This document shows positions 9,145 through 17,548 of a stretch of DNA of 64,000 bases, piece after piece; positions within the stretch are counted from its first letter, which is position 1, and each line of letters begins with the position of its first letter. The notes beneath the pieces are model-generated. The model saw only the letters and a program-made list of their open reading frames with translations. It made no database searches and was not told the DNA's origin. Made by a program: the position numbers and the translations under genes. The stretch spans positions 186,001-250,000 of IMG/VR virus record IMGVR_UViG_3300025141_000016; one strand, written 5' to 3'.

Positions 9145-10478
9145 TCAAACCCTCTGCCAGCCGTGTTGCCTCCCGGTATGCGGGCCGCTCTGTCCCTCCC
9201 TTCAAGGTTCGGGATGCGGCGGCGAAGACACCTTCGGATCTGCCCGATGGGTGGTATGTGGTTGCCCGCTGGGTCGGCCCGTCGAGGTCATTCCAGTTGT
9301 ACGACGGAAAGAAAGAGGTCGGGTATATCCGAGCGACCCCGAACTCCTCCTGTGGTGGGGCCTATACGGTGCGTCAAGTATGGGCACCCTCCGGTTGGGG
9401 TCCGATGCTCTATGACCTGATGATGGAGGATGCGGGTCGTTATGGGGTGATGCCGGATCGAAGTCAGGTATCGGAAGACTCCGCTCGTGTTTGGTTCCAC
9501 TACCTCACGAAACGCCGCCGTGATGTGACCGCACACCCTTTGTGGGATGACCCCTCCATTCGTGATGATCGGGCGTGCGGCTATCATTATGAAGATACTG
9601 GTCCCGGTGTGTTTGAGTCCTTGGACTATCGGTACGTCAAGGACGGTCGCGGAGTGACGGGCTCACTGGAGCGTGAGGGCAGGCTCTTTGAAGGTGAGCA
9701 TCCCGAGTGGTCCGGTGTCCGAAAAGAAGCTGTGGCGCAGCGGTATGCGAAGCGACCCTTCGACCTCGCCATGAACGGACTGAAAGGTCTGGACGAGGGA
9801 AGGACCGTGACCCTGTACCACGGCACCACACGATCCTTCGACCGCTTTGACCTCACCAAGTCCAGGGACGAACTCGTCAACGACTTCTACGGCAAGGGGA
9901 TCTTCCTGACCCCATCCAAGAACGTCGCCTGGAAGTACGCCAACGCCAACCGGAACATCGGCCTCGACCCCAGCATCATTGGCGAACTGAAACGCAAGAA
10001 GCCCCAGGCCGGAGCCTTTCTGGAAAGCCTCTACTCCCAGGGATCCGATGCCTGGGAACCCATGCTCGCAGAAGCCAAAGCCGCAGGGCACGAACCCTAC
10101 GAGCACGAGGACTTCCTCAACGGGGTGGACGGGAACACCCTCGGTGACATAGCGGGGTACATCGAAGGGAGTGCAGTCCCACCACGCGGGGGCGGCTCAA
10201 CCAACATCTTCTCGACCAGTAGCGGTGCCCCCTACTGGCTCTACGACACCCTCGATGAAGTGGGCCTCGACTCCTCGGCGTACCGACCCAAGGTCTACAC
10301 CGTTGGGGTCACCGTACAGAACCCCCTCATCACCGCAAGCGCATCCGAAGCCCGCAAGGCAAGAGCCAATGGCTACGACAGCGTGGTCTTCCACGGCTCT
10401 CGGCTGGTCGATGGCTGGCCCGAGGTCGCCGTGTTTTCACCCAGGAACGCCAAGATCAAAAAGGTCGAGGTCGAGTAA
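9141..10478 (+). CDS. tag-B protein: GNAT plus ADP-ribosyltransferase-like (ART-PolyVal type) domain
   Basis: SASRVASRY; GWGPMLYDLMME; LYHGT...YGKGIFLT...GYDSV...EVAVF. Confidence 0.8.
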   Translation: MIKPSASRVASRYAGRSVPPFKVRDAAAKTPSDLPDGWYVVARWVGPSRSFQLYDGKKEVGYIRATPNSSCGGAYTVRQVWAPSGWGPMLYDLMMEDAGRYGVMPDRSQVSEDSARVWFHYLTKRRRDVTAHPLWDDPSIRDDRACGYHYEDTGPGVFESLDYRYVKDGRGVTGSLEREGRLFEGEHPEWSGVRKEAVAQRYAKRPFDLAMNGLKGLDEGRTVTLYHGTTRSFDRFDLTKSRDELVNDFYGKGIFLTPSKNVAWKYANANRNIGLDPSIIGELKRKKPQAGAFLESLYSQGSDAWEPMLAEAKAAGHEPYEHEDFLNGVDGNTLGDIAGYIEGSAVPPRGGGSTNIFSTSSGAPYWLYDTLDEVGLDSSAYRPKVYTVGVTVQNPLITASASEARKARANGYDSVVFHGSRLVDGWPEVAVFSPRNAKIKKVEVE

Positions 10479-10494
10479 GCAAGTCACCCCACCC

Positions 10495-10596
10495 ATGAAA
10501 CCGGAACCCCATGAAATCCCCTCGTGGGTACTCATAGTGCTGATAGCAATCGTGGTCGGAGCCGTCCTACTCTCGGATTACTTGCGCCTGAAATGA
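10495..10596 (+). CDS. small single-TM peptide
   Basis: MKPEPHEIPSWVLIVLIAIVVGAVLLSDYLRLK fills the intergenic gap. Confidence 0.4.
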   Translation: MKPEPHEIPSWVLIVLIAIVVGAVLLSDYLRLK

Positions 10597-10598
10597 CC

Positions 10599-10613
10599 CG
10601 GTGACTTCCCTAT
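10599..10613 (+). promoter_or_regulatory. class L promoter motif
   Basis: CGGT-GACTTCC-CTAT, 30 nt before ATG 10643. Confidence 0.65.
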
Positions 10614-11824
10614 CGGACCCGTAGGGTCAGGAGAAACTAACCATGTCCAAGACCATTACCGCTTCTGACCGGAGCCGATTGATTCGACTCGCTTCAACAA
10701 TGTCTGCTGGCTCTCCCGAGCGGAAGGCCATCCTCGCTGGGTTGTCAAAGACCGCTGGAGAACACCCGCTGGGCCGCATGGCAATCGTCTACTTCGATTT
10801 GATCATTGAGGCTTACAACATTGAGGAGGACGCGGAAAACGGTGACGAGTTCGCACAGAGCCTCATGGATGATGGTGGTCGAGGTATGAACAAGTTGGAG
10901 GGTGACGCTCTCAAAAACCTGTCCCGCATGTTCGGACAGCGAATCAGCAACGAGGGGCATGGCCCCGACGGCGCACTTGTCTGCAAGTTCCCAGTGAACT
11001 CGTGGGCAGAGGTCAAGAAAGCCAATGACGTAATCAACAAGAACCACACTGGCGGTGACGATAACATCGACACGGGCGTTCAGTACGTTGAGGCACGGGA
11101 CTTTCGCCTCCACCCGGAGGGCGTGGGACAAAATCAGGCTTTCTACGGTGAGCACTCCCGTGCAGAGGGTGATTGGGACGAGTGGCTGTCCGACCACAAG
11201 TAATCCCTATCGGACCCGTAGGGTCAGGAGAAACTAACCATGCCCAAGACCATTACCGCTTCTGACCGAGCCAGCTTGATCCGGCTCGCTTCCTGTCTAC
11301 CCGTAGAGCGGAAGGCAATCCTGGCTGGGCTCCAGAAGACGGCAGCCATGGAGCCGTGGGATTCCCCCGATTACGTCTTTGAAGACCCAAAGGATGAAGA
11401 TGACTACATCACTCTCTTTGAGGAAGGGACCACACGCCACTACGATGTGAACGTCTCTGGCCGCGTGGATTCAGCGAAGGATGGGCTCCTCCTACTCCAC
11501 AAGGAGTTCGGTCGTGGGGGTAAGGAAAGCCGCGACTTTGAGGGTCAGTACCTCTGGGGGACAGGCTACTCCATCACAGCGATCCCCCCAAACAATCTGT
11601 CCTATGAGCGGTGGCATAACGACAAGGCCCACTTGGCAAAGATCCACAAGGTTCTGGACAGGATCAAGAAGATGCCAGGAGTCAAAAAGGTCAGCTTGGA
11701 GGAACGGCCCGACAGTGCAGACCTGCATAAGAAACAAGGGCAGGCCATGAAGCGGTGGGTCGCCAAGGGTCGGACCCTGCGAACTGCGAAGAAGACACCC
11801 TATCGGACCCGTAGGGTCAGGAGA
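10608..11824 (+). repeat. three exact 27-nt leader repeats CCCTATCGGACCCGTAGGGTCAGGAGA
   Basis: Copies at 10608-10634, 11205-11231 and 11798-11824, each followed by ATG and a tag-A coding sequence; internal hairpin GACCC-GTA-GGGTC. Confidence 0.95.
10643..11203 (+). CDS. tag-A protein, hypothetical cargo
   Basis: MSKTITASDRSRLIRLASTMSAGSPERKAILAGLSKTA. Confidence 0.85.
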   Translation: MSKTITASDRSRLIRLASTMSAGSPERKAILAGLSKTAGEHPLGRMAIVYFDLIIEAYNIEEDAENGDEFAQSLMDDGGRGMNKLEGDALKNLSRMFGQRISNEGHGPDGALVCKFPVNSWAEVKKANDVINKNHTGGDDNIDTGVQYVEARDFRLHPEGVGQNQAFYGEHSRAEGDWDEWLSDHK

Positions 11825-12244
11825 TACACCATGCCCAAGACCCTCACCGCAACTGACCGATCCCGATTGATCCGGCTCGCTTCCACTATGGCTGCTGGCT
11901 CTCCCGAACGGAAAGCGATCCTCGCGGGCTTGGAGAAGCAAGGGGGTGCGTCGAAGACGGCCTACAGCGACAAGTTTGGTCTTCGGTTCAACTTTCGGGA
12001 CGGTTTCTCATTCACGACGGTCCCTGTTGACCCCCCCTACAACCAGACATATTCGGGCTTTATCCTGATAAAGAAGCCCGGACGGGTGAAGGCGTACAGA
12101 GCGGCGATGGCCTACGTCAACCAGAACCGTAGGGAGATCGAACGCATGAAAAGAACAAAAGATGTTCTCGGTGCCATCAACGACTACGCCCGTCAGGTGA
12201 GCGGTAAGGAGCCCTACTGGCACCGATACCTGATGCCAGACTGA
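11240..12244 (+). CDS. double tag-A protein (in-frame fusion of two cassettes; internal start at 11831)
   Basis: Tag A at the N-terminus and again at ATG 11831, which has its own leader repeat and RBS. Confidence 0.85.
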   Translation: MPKTITASDRASLIRLASCLPVERKAILAGLQKTAAMEPWDSPDYVFEDPKDEDDYITLFEEGTTRHYDVNVSGRVDSAKDGLLLLHKEFGRGGKESRDFEGQYLWGTGYSITAIPPNNLSYERWHNDKAHLAKIHKVLDRIKKMPGVKKVSLEERPDSADLHKKQGQAMKRWVAKGRTLRTAKKTPYRTRRVRRYTMPKTLTATDRSRLIRLASTMAAGSPERKAILAGLEKQGGASKTAYSDKFGLRFNFRDGFSFTTVPVDPPYNQTYSGFILIKKPGRVKAYRAAMAYVNQNRREIERMKRTKDVLGAINDYARQVSGKEPYWHRYLMPD

Positions 12245-12259
12245 TTAGGAGATCCCACC

Positions 12260-12784
12260 ATGCCCAAGACCATTACCGCTGCCGACCGATCCCGATTGAT
12301 CCGGCTCGCTTCCTCGATGCCCGTAGGCTCCGATGAGCGGAAAGCCATCCTCGCTGGGTTGAGGGTTGCTGACCGCGCTATCGACAAAGCCGTGGACTAT
12401 CTGGTGAAGGCCCAGCGTATTCTCTCGGGAGTCCCCGGATGGGGCACTGCTCCGTATGGGGGGTATGACCGCTCCCTGACCGAGTTGATCAAGGTCTTAC
12501 GGGCCGGACCCAACAAGAAGGCTTCAGCTTCGTTGAAGGATGTGCTGCGAAAGTGGCCCGAGTTTGCCCCCGAGATCCAAAAGGAACTGCGAGGGCTGCG
12601 GGCGGCGTTGCGAGGCGACCCCGACTTCGGGCGCGTGAGTAATGCCCTCATACAGATCCAGATGCGGCTGGAAGACGACCACCGCAGAGACCCAGCGGCT
12701 TTCCATGCCCGCGCACCCTTCAACAAAGCACTCGCTGACTTTGCAAAGGCCGAGTACGAACACAAGACGGGCAATAAGTGGTAG
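12260..12784 (+). CDS. tag-A protein, hypothetical cargo
   Basis: MPKTITAADRSRLIRLASSMPVGSDERKAILAGLRVA. Confidence 0.85.
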   Translation: MPKTITAADRSRLIRLASSMPVGSDERKAILAGLRVADRAIDKAVDYLVKAQRILSGVPGWGTAPYGGYDRSLTELIKVLRAGPNKKASASLKDVLRKWPEFAPEIQKELRGLRAALRGDPDFGRVSNALIQIQMRLEDDHRRDPAAFHARAPFNKALADFAKAEYEHKTGNKW

Positions 12785-12797
12785 GCAGCGTAACGCC

Positions 12798-13082
12798 CTA
12801 CGCCTCTCCAACCACGTCCGAAGCCTTGTACTGGATGAGGGCATCAATCTCGTCACGGAACTCGATGAGTTCCGTCAGCGTGAACACACGAGCATCCTTC
12901 AACACACTCTCGGGGAACACCGCGATGGTCGATTGCGTGTCCTCATGGATGGAGGTCGCGATCTCACGAACCTCCTCCACCTCGTAGGGAGTAGCATCAT
13001 CCGCTACCACCAACACGATGAGGTCATACCGACCAGCCCGTAAAACCATCTGCCGAACCGCTGCTTGGCAAGCATCACCCAT
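12798..13082 (-). CDS. hypothetical protein
   Basis: Member of a tightly packed minus-strand run. Confidence 0.55.
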   Translation of the reverse strand: MGDACQAAVRQMVLRAGRYDLIVLVVADDATPYEVEEVREIATSIHEDTQSTIAVFPESVLKDARVFTLTELIEFRDEIDALIQYKASDVVGEA

Positions 13083-13097
13083 TGACCAACCCCGTCT

Positions 13098-13427
13098 CTA
13101 TACCTGATCGGGAACGATAGACAGCCTACCTCTGCCGTCCTCGACTGTAGAGCACCGCTCGCATGGCTTCTCCGGGCCACACGTCTCACAACGACCAGCC
13201 AAAGCCCACGGGAAGGTGCCCTGCGGGTTCTGGGAAGCAACCTGAAGGTGACCGCCAGACGCACGGTACTCGTCCGCTGTCACCAAGGCTTGCGCTAACT
13301 CCTCCCCCAACCGCCGTACCTCACCCTCCTGGGCCGGGTCCGTCATGTCGAACAACAGGTGAACACTCTCCTCGTCAGAACGCACACGCTCCGGGTTTAC
13401 AAACACCAACTTCATCCATCTGCTCAT
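13098..13427 (-). CDS. hypothetical protein with C-terminal Zn-ribbon
   Basis: CETC...CERC; GAGG RBS. Confidence 0.65.
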   Translation of the reverse strand: MSRWMKLVFVNPERVRSDEESVHLLFDMTDPAQEGEVRRLGEELAQALVTADEYRASGGHLQVASQNPQGTFPWALAGRCETCGPEKPCERCSTVEDGRGRLSIVPDQV

Positions 13428-13430
13428 CCC

Positions 13431-13775
13431 TCACCTCTCCTGCCCCTCCGGGCCGTTTCTCTCCAACAGCGGAGGGTCGATACGGACAACCTCCCATTGG
13501 TACTCTTCTATGGCTGATACAGGGTCAGGGTCAATGGCGACCATCTCGGCCTTCCACTCACGACCTCCCTGGAGGGCAAGGTCCATCCCGACAAACTCGT
13601 AGGGGAGTTCACCGGAAGCGTGCTCGGTGGACCACACCACCTTGTAGGTGGATGGTCGCTGCTCCTCGACCTCGGCATACCCGAGCATCTTCTCCATCAC
13701 CATGTCGTCCAAGTCCTTTTGGCAAGCCTCGCCCATGATGGACTCGGGACCACCGAACATCGTTCGCTTACTCAT
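13431..13775 (-). CDS. hypothetical protein
   Basis: Packed minus-strand run; start uncertain. Confidence 0.55.
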   Translation of the reverse strand: MSKRTMFGGPESIMGEACQKDLDDMVMEKMLGYAEVEEQRPSTYKVVWSTEHASGELPYEFVGMDLALQGGREWKAEMVAIDPDPVSAIEEYQWEVVRIDPPLLERNGPEGQER

Positions 13776-13971
13776 CCCGCTCATCCTCGACCTCATCGGC
13801 GTTGTACTGGCGCACCGTCCCCAGGACGTGCTGCCCGTCCAGCCATAGGTTGACGACCTCTCGCCCGTTGGGGAGCGTTTCGCGTTCAAGCAGCCGCATA
13901 CGCCGCCCGCCATAAGGGCGCACCCCTCGCTTGATGCGGACGGTCGTGCTCGGTTTGATCTTACTCATCAC
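13768..13971 (-). CDS. small beta-barrel-like hypothetical protein
   Basis: GGAG RBS; overlaps both neighbours. Confidence 0.55.
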   Translation of the reverse strand: MMSKIKPSTTVRIKRGVRPYGGRRMRLLERETLPNGREVVNLWLDGQHVLGTVRQYNADEVEDERDE

Positions 13972-14711
13972 TCACTCCTTCGATCCATGCAGCCAGGATG
14001 AACCCAGCCCAGGTTCCCACCACCCCACACGGGAATCACTCCGTGCGTGGGGTCCAGTAAGGACTCCCCACAGAAAGGACACCGCGTAGGCGAATGGTCG
14101 GCCAAGTCCGCAAGGCTCTCCGCAACCGCAAGACCCGAACGCCACACCCCCAACAACAACTCCGTCTGATACCGGTGTGAACCGTCGGGTCGGTCAAAGA
14201 GGGGCAACGGCAACAACGGGGACACATGAGGTCGCTGTTTGGACCTGACGTAGAGGGGTATCCCCCTCCGAGGGTCCAAGTGATAGACGTGCGGAGCCAT
14301 CTCCGTGGCCAACCGCCTTCCCACGTCAGGAAGGTGGTGGCTCATGGCGTACTCCCGATCAGTGACCGTGAAGGACACCGAGTAGATGGGAGCATCCTGT
14401 TCCGTAGACACCACCTGTTCCGTAGACACCACACGGAGGGTGAAGACCGTAGCGGGGATCCGCTCCCGATACTCCACGTCCAACCGGGTCGTGAGTGTGT
14501 CCCGGTACTTCAAGTGGCCGTGCCCAAAAAGCCTGTTGCCAGATCCGTGCCTGACTTGGACCTCATCACCCCACTTGTCTTGGTGGGCTTCACCGAAACC
14601 GCCCCACATCGCACGGAGTACCCCTTCGATGAGGGGAACCCAGAGCCCTTCCCGCTCGTCGGGAAGAGGGCGAGTGGCGGGGCCTGGGGTCGGGGTGACC
14701 GTGGGGTCCAT
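13968..14711 (-). CDS. hypothetical protein with C-terminal CxxC...HxxC
   Basis: Start at ATG 14711 after GAGGA; CPFC...HPGC. Confidence 0.65.
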   Translation of the reverse strand: MDPTVTPTPGPATRPLPDEREGLWVPLIEGVLRAMWGGFGEAHQDKWGDEVQVRHGSGNRLFGHGHLKYRDTLTTRLDVEYRERIPATVFTLRVVSTEQVVSTEQDAPIYSVSFTVTDREYAMSHHLPDVGRRLATEMAPHVYHLDPRRGIPLYVRSKQRPHVSPLLPLPLFDRPDGSHRYQTELLLGVWRSGLAVAESLADLADHSPTRCPFCGESLLDPTHGVIPVWGGGNLGWVHPGCMDRRSE

Positions 14712-15061
14712 GGGAACGTCCTCTGCTGGGTTCTGGGTTCCTCTACCTGTACCGGCCAACACCCCCTCTCGCACCCCCCTGTAGGAGTCCCCGCCCCCGA
14801 AACGCAATACTTGAAACGTACTTGTGACTACTCGATACATGGCCCATGTGACAGTCACAATCGTGAATGAAGTATTGGGGCTCCTGGGTATCGGGTTTCG
14901 CCCACCGTTAGCGGGGGGTTGGGGAGGCCGAATACAAGGTGGTTGTGATTATCACGAACACGATCCCTCCCTGTGAGGCCCGCCAATCCAGAGAACAAGT
15001 CAAGCCCCCGGAGATTTTTCTGGCATGGGGTTTGCATGGGAAAATACTGTATTGGGTAAAT

Positions 15062-15157
15062 GTAACTGTTAGGTTTGCAAACGTAACTACATGGTATGCA
15101 AACGTAACTGTATTGGTTGCGTTTGTGACAGTCACGATTGGCGTTCGTGACTGTCAC
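15062..15157. repeat. phased array of 11-bp palindromes GTRACWGTYAC (five units, some degenerate)
   Basis: Units start at 15062, 15083, 15104, 15125 and 15147 (spacing 21, 21, 21, 22); a lone copy at 14848. Confidence 0.85.
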
Positions 15158-15175
15158 ACCCAAAACCCCAAACGC

Positions 15176-15211
15176 AAAAAACCCCCGACCGCCACGGAGG
15201 CAGTCGGGGGT
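15176..15211 (-). terminator. intrinsic terminator
   Basis: CCCCCGACTGCC-TCCGT-GGCGGTCGGGGG followed by TTTTTT on the minus strand. Confidence 0.8.
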
Positions 15212-15281
15212 CGGGGGTTGTTGGGGGTTGGGTCAGCGGCGGCTGTCTCGGGTCAGTCCGAGGGTCCGTCAGTTCGTGGGC

Positions 15282-15581
15282 CTACTCGTAGTGCGGAGTC
15301 TCGGTGGGGAAGGTCCGAGCGGGGTGGTCTTCGACGTAGACCTCGACGGCGACCCCGCCGAGGACAGAGTAAATGTCTCCCTCCGCGTGATCGGCGTACC
15401 GCTGTTTGAGTTGGTTGACCATGGTGCCCACGCGCCCATCGTCGGGACCGGTGGGGGTGAACGGGAGCGGCACGGACGCGAGGGGTTCCCCAGCGTTGTA
15501 CCACCACCCGCCTTCCTCGGGTCCACCGAAATGGCGGGTGACCGCGTAGGCGTTGACGTATGTAGAGGTTGCGGTAGGCAT
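15282..15581 (-). CDS. hypothetical phage protein (GGPEEGGWWY motif)
   Basis: GGAGG RBS; FGGPEEGGWWY motif, which I recall from phage hypothetical proteins (not searched). Confidence 0.75.
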   Translation of the reverse strand: MPTATSTYVNAYAVTRHFGGPEEGGWWYNAGEPLASVPLPFTPTGPDDGRVGTMVNQLKQRYADHAEGDIYSVLGGVAVEVYVEDHPARTFPTETPHYE

Positions 15582-15640
15582 GAGAGCCCTCCAGTTTGAA
15601 AGTGTGTCAAACACCGAATGTGAATACTCGGTTCGTAAAC

Positions 15641-15694
15641 GTGACTGTCACAAGGGGTGCCTGTAACAGTCACAAGTGCATCTGTGACTGTTAC
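15641..15694. repeat. phased palindrome array (three units)
   Basis: GTGACTGTCAC 15641, GTAACAGTCAC 15663, GTGACTGTTAC 15684. Confidence 0.85.
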
Positions 15695-15759
15695 AAAGTG
15701 GGACCGCCCAATACACCAAAGGCCCCCTCCAGGGGGGAGGGGGACCGGTGAGGGGGGGA

Positions 15760-16200
15760 TCAGGCAGCGGACTCCTCGTCCTCCGCAGCCGCGACCTCGG
15801 TGGCACTGACCACTGAAACCGACAGAGCCGGGAAGGTCACCTTGCCCTTGCAGTCGGTCAGGGTCGGTCCCTTGACCGCAGCGATAGCGACCTTGGCCCT
15901 CTTCTTGAGGGACGCGATCAGCTTGGGGTCGGCGGTGAGGGCTTCGCGGGTGAGGGAATCGACGGTCACGCCGTTGAGGTGGCTCAATGCCGCAGCCAGG
16001 AGCGTCCAGGGGTCAGCCTTGGCCACGATGGGCTGGGTGTAGTCATCACCGCAACGGGTAGTGGCGACCGTGTGCAGGGTGACGATCTCGTCCACGTCGT
16101 TATCCCCGACGGGGAGGTCAGCGCGGGTCGCGGATTTCGCAGCGGCGAGCGCCTTATGAAGTGCCGCGATGGTCGCGGGGGAGAGGGAAGTGAGGTCCAT
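15760..16200 (-). CDS. hypothetical protein
   Basis: ATG 16200 after hairpin and GGAGA; has its own class E promoter. Confidence 0.75.
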   Translation of the reverse strand: MDLTSLSPATIAALHKALAAAKSATRADLPVGDNDVDEIVTLHTVATTRCGDDYTQPIVAKADPWTLLAAALSHLNGVTVDSLTREALTADPKLIASLKKRAKVAIAAVKGPTLTDCKGKVTFPALSVSVVSATEVAAAEDEESAA

Positions 16201-16274
16201 GAGAAGTCTCCATTGGCCCGTCATTCGGGCTCGTGGGGGGTGTTTTGTGTGGGTAGCGGGGCTCCCTACACTCC

Positions 16275-16307
16275 TATACGGAGAAGCAAGGGGGAGTTGA
16301 ACCCCCC
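16275..16307 (-). promoter_or_regulatory. class E promoter GGGGGGTTCAAC-N15-CGTATA
   Basis: One of eight copies with invariant spacing. Confidence 0.8.
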
Positions 16308-16328
16308 TCCGTCGAGAAAGTTGAGGGT

Positions 16329-16610
16329 TTAGAACGGCATGTCTTGGTCGTCTGCGGCCCAGGCGGGGATGACGGGTTGGTCCTGGGGCACCACAATGTC
16401 ATCCCCCGACGGCGTGTACCCGTAGATTTCGGCGGCAGTGGGCTCCCGCTCGTCCTCGTCCGGTTCGGGTCCGTAGACCACAGCAGCCAGGAGGTCGTGG
16501 CACCGTGCGAGTTCGGCTTCCTGCTGCTCTGGGAGCAGGGAGGGTGAGCGGTAGCCAGCGAGGGCGAAGTACGCCTCGCGGATGGTGGAGAGCAGTTCAG
16601 CGTGGGTCAT
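16329..16610 (-). CDS. hypothetical protein
   Basis: GGAG RBS; acidic C-terminus ending DDQDMPF. Confidence 0.65.
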   Translation of the reverse strand: MTHAELLSTIREAYFALAGYRSPSLLPEQQEAELARCHDLLAAVVYGPEPDEDEREPTAAEIYGYTPSGDDIVVPQDQPVIPAWAADDQDMPF

Positions 16611-16789
16611 GTGGCTCCGGGGGTGGTCTGTTCGGGCGAAGGTGCGTCAGGGTGCCATCCACACTTGAAGCAGCCCTTCCTCGTGTAGATGCCCACCTCT
16701 CCTTTGGGGAGGAAGGTCACGACGTTCTTGATGGCCTTTTTCTTACCGCACTGTTGGCACTTGGTCTTGATGGTCATGGTGCCGGTCAT
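16607..16789 (-). CDS. small Zn-ribbon protein
   Basis: CQQC...CFKC. Confidence 0.55.
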   Translation of the reverse strand: MTGTMTIKTKCQQCGKKKAIKNVVTFLPKGEVGIYTRKGCFKCGWHPDAPSPEQTTPGAT

Positions 16790-16807
16790 GGGAGGTTCCA
16801 GAGAGGG

Positions 16808-16984
16808 TCAAAGGGTGTAGTCGATCTCGACCACCCCCCGCTCGGGGGCGGGGTCCGGTCGTTCCAGCACAGGACGGGGAGGCACAGGACGAGGTGCATA
16901 GAGGGGGAGCCGTCGGCGCTCGCTCTCGCGTTCCTCACGCTCGCGGCGTTCGCGCTCGATGATGGCTGGGTGGATGTGGGTCAT
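16808..16984 (-). CDS. 58-aa charged protein (below the ORF-track cutoff)
   Basis: MTHIHPAIIERERREREERESERRRLPLYAPRPVPPRPVLERPDPAPERGVVEIDYTL; GGAGG RBS directly after a class E promoter. Confidence 0.7.
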   Translation of the reverse strand: MTHIHPAIIERERREREERESERRRLPLYAPRPVPPRPVLERPDPAPERGVVEIDYTL

Positions 16985-17001
16985 AGTAGGGCCTCCACCC
17001 T

Positions 17002-17034
17002 TATACGGAGATAGGGGGGTGAGTTGAACCCCCC
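17002..17034 (-). promoter_or_regulatory. class E promoter
   Basis: GGGGGGTTCAAC-N15-CGTATA. Confidence 0.8.
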
Positions 17035-17052
17035 AAAACCAAGTATTCGGGT

Positions 17053-17138
17053 GTGACAGTCACGTTTTGGGCGCGGTTTTGCCTGTGACAGTCACGTTTG
17101 AAAACGTGACTGTCACGTTTAGGGGGTGTGACAGTCAC
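17053..17138. repeat. palindrome array (four perfect GTGACWGTCAC)
   Basis: Units at 17053, 17085, 17106 and 17128. Confidence 0.9.
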
Positions 17139-17156
17139 GTTTAGGGGGTGTGGGGG

Positions 17157-17453
17157 TCAAGCGGTCCCTGCGGTGGCCTCGACCTCTTCCCAGCCGAAGG
17201 AAGCGCATCGGAGGACACGTCCATCCGACAGGCGGATGCGGTCACCGACGGAGGTGGAGCGGCATCCCTCACCAGGGAAGGTCGAGGTGACCAGAGCGTT
17301 CTCCCACCAGTAGTGTTCGATGGTGTTGGTCAGTTCAAAGACGCGGGGGTAGTCCGCGTCGGGCAGGTCCACATCAGCGACGTGGATGAACTCGGTGGGC
17401 TCCGGCCCGGACCCGAAGGTGGGGCGAGTGGCGTGAAAGACTGCGATGGACAT
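17157..17453 (-). CDS. YodL-like domain protein
   Basis: VFELTN...RSTSVGD...FGWEEV resembles the YodL RS[LM]SVGD motif; ATG 17453. Confidence 0.6.
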   Translation of the reverse strand: MSIAVFHATRPTFGSGPEPTEFIHVADVDLPDADYPRVFELTNTIEHYWWENALVTSTFPGEGCRSTSVGDRIRLSDGRVLRCASFGWEEVEATAGTA

Positions 17454-17514
17454 GGGCGCTCCTGTTGGCCTCTCGATGAGGCTCGTGGGGATGAGGGAAG
17501 GTTCTCTCACCCCC

Positions 17515-17547
17515 TATACGGAGATAGGAGGCCGAGTTGAACCCCCC
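17515..17547 (-). promoter_or_regulatory. class E promoter
   Basis: GGGGGGTTCAAC-N15-CGTATA. Confidence 0.8.
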
Positions 17548-17548
17548 C

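Noticed and set aside
10608-11824. CRISPR repeats or integron attC sites
   Set aside because: Copies are about 600 bp apart, contain the RBS and lack the attC RYYYAAC...GTTRRRY ends; no integrase is present in the window.
14855-15409. ORFs with VTVT/NVT repeats (also 26643-26984 and 17128-17313)
   Set aside because: They are translations of the palindrome arrays, with no RBS or protein-like composition.
15062-17138. Canonical parS sites for the ParB-like domains
   Set aside because: GTRACWGTYAC does not match the 16-bp parS consensus, and the ParB-like modules show no obvious HTH.
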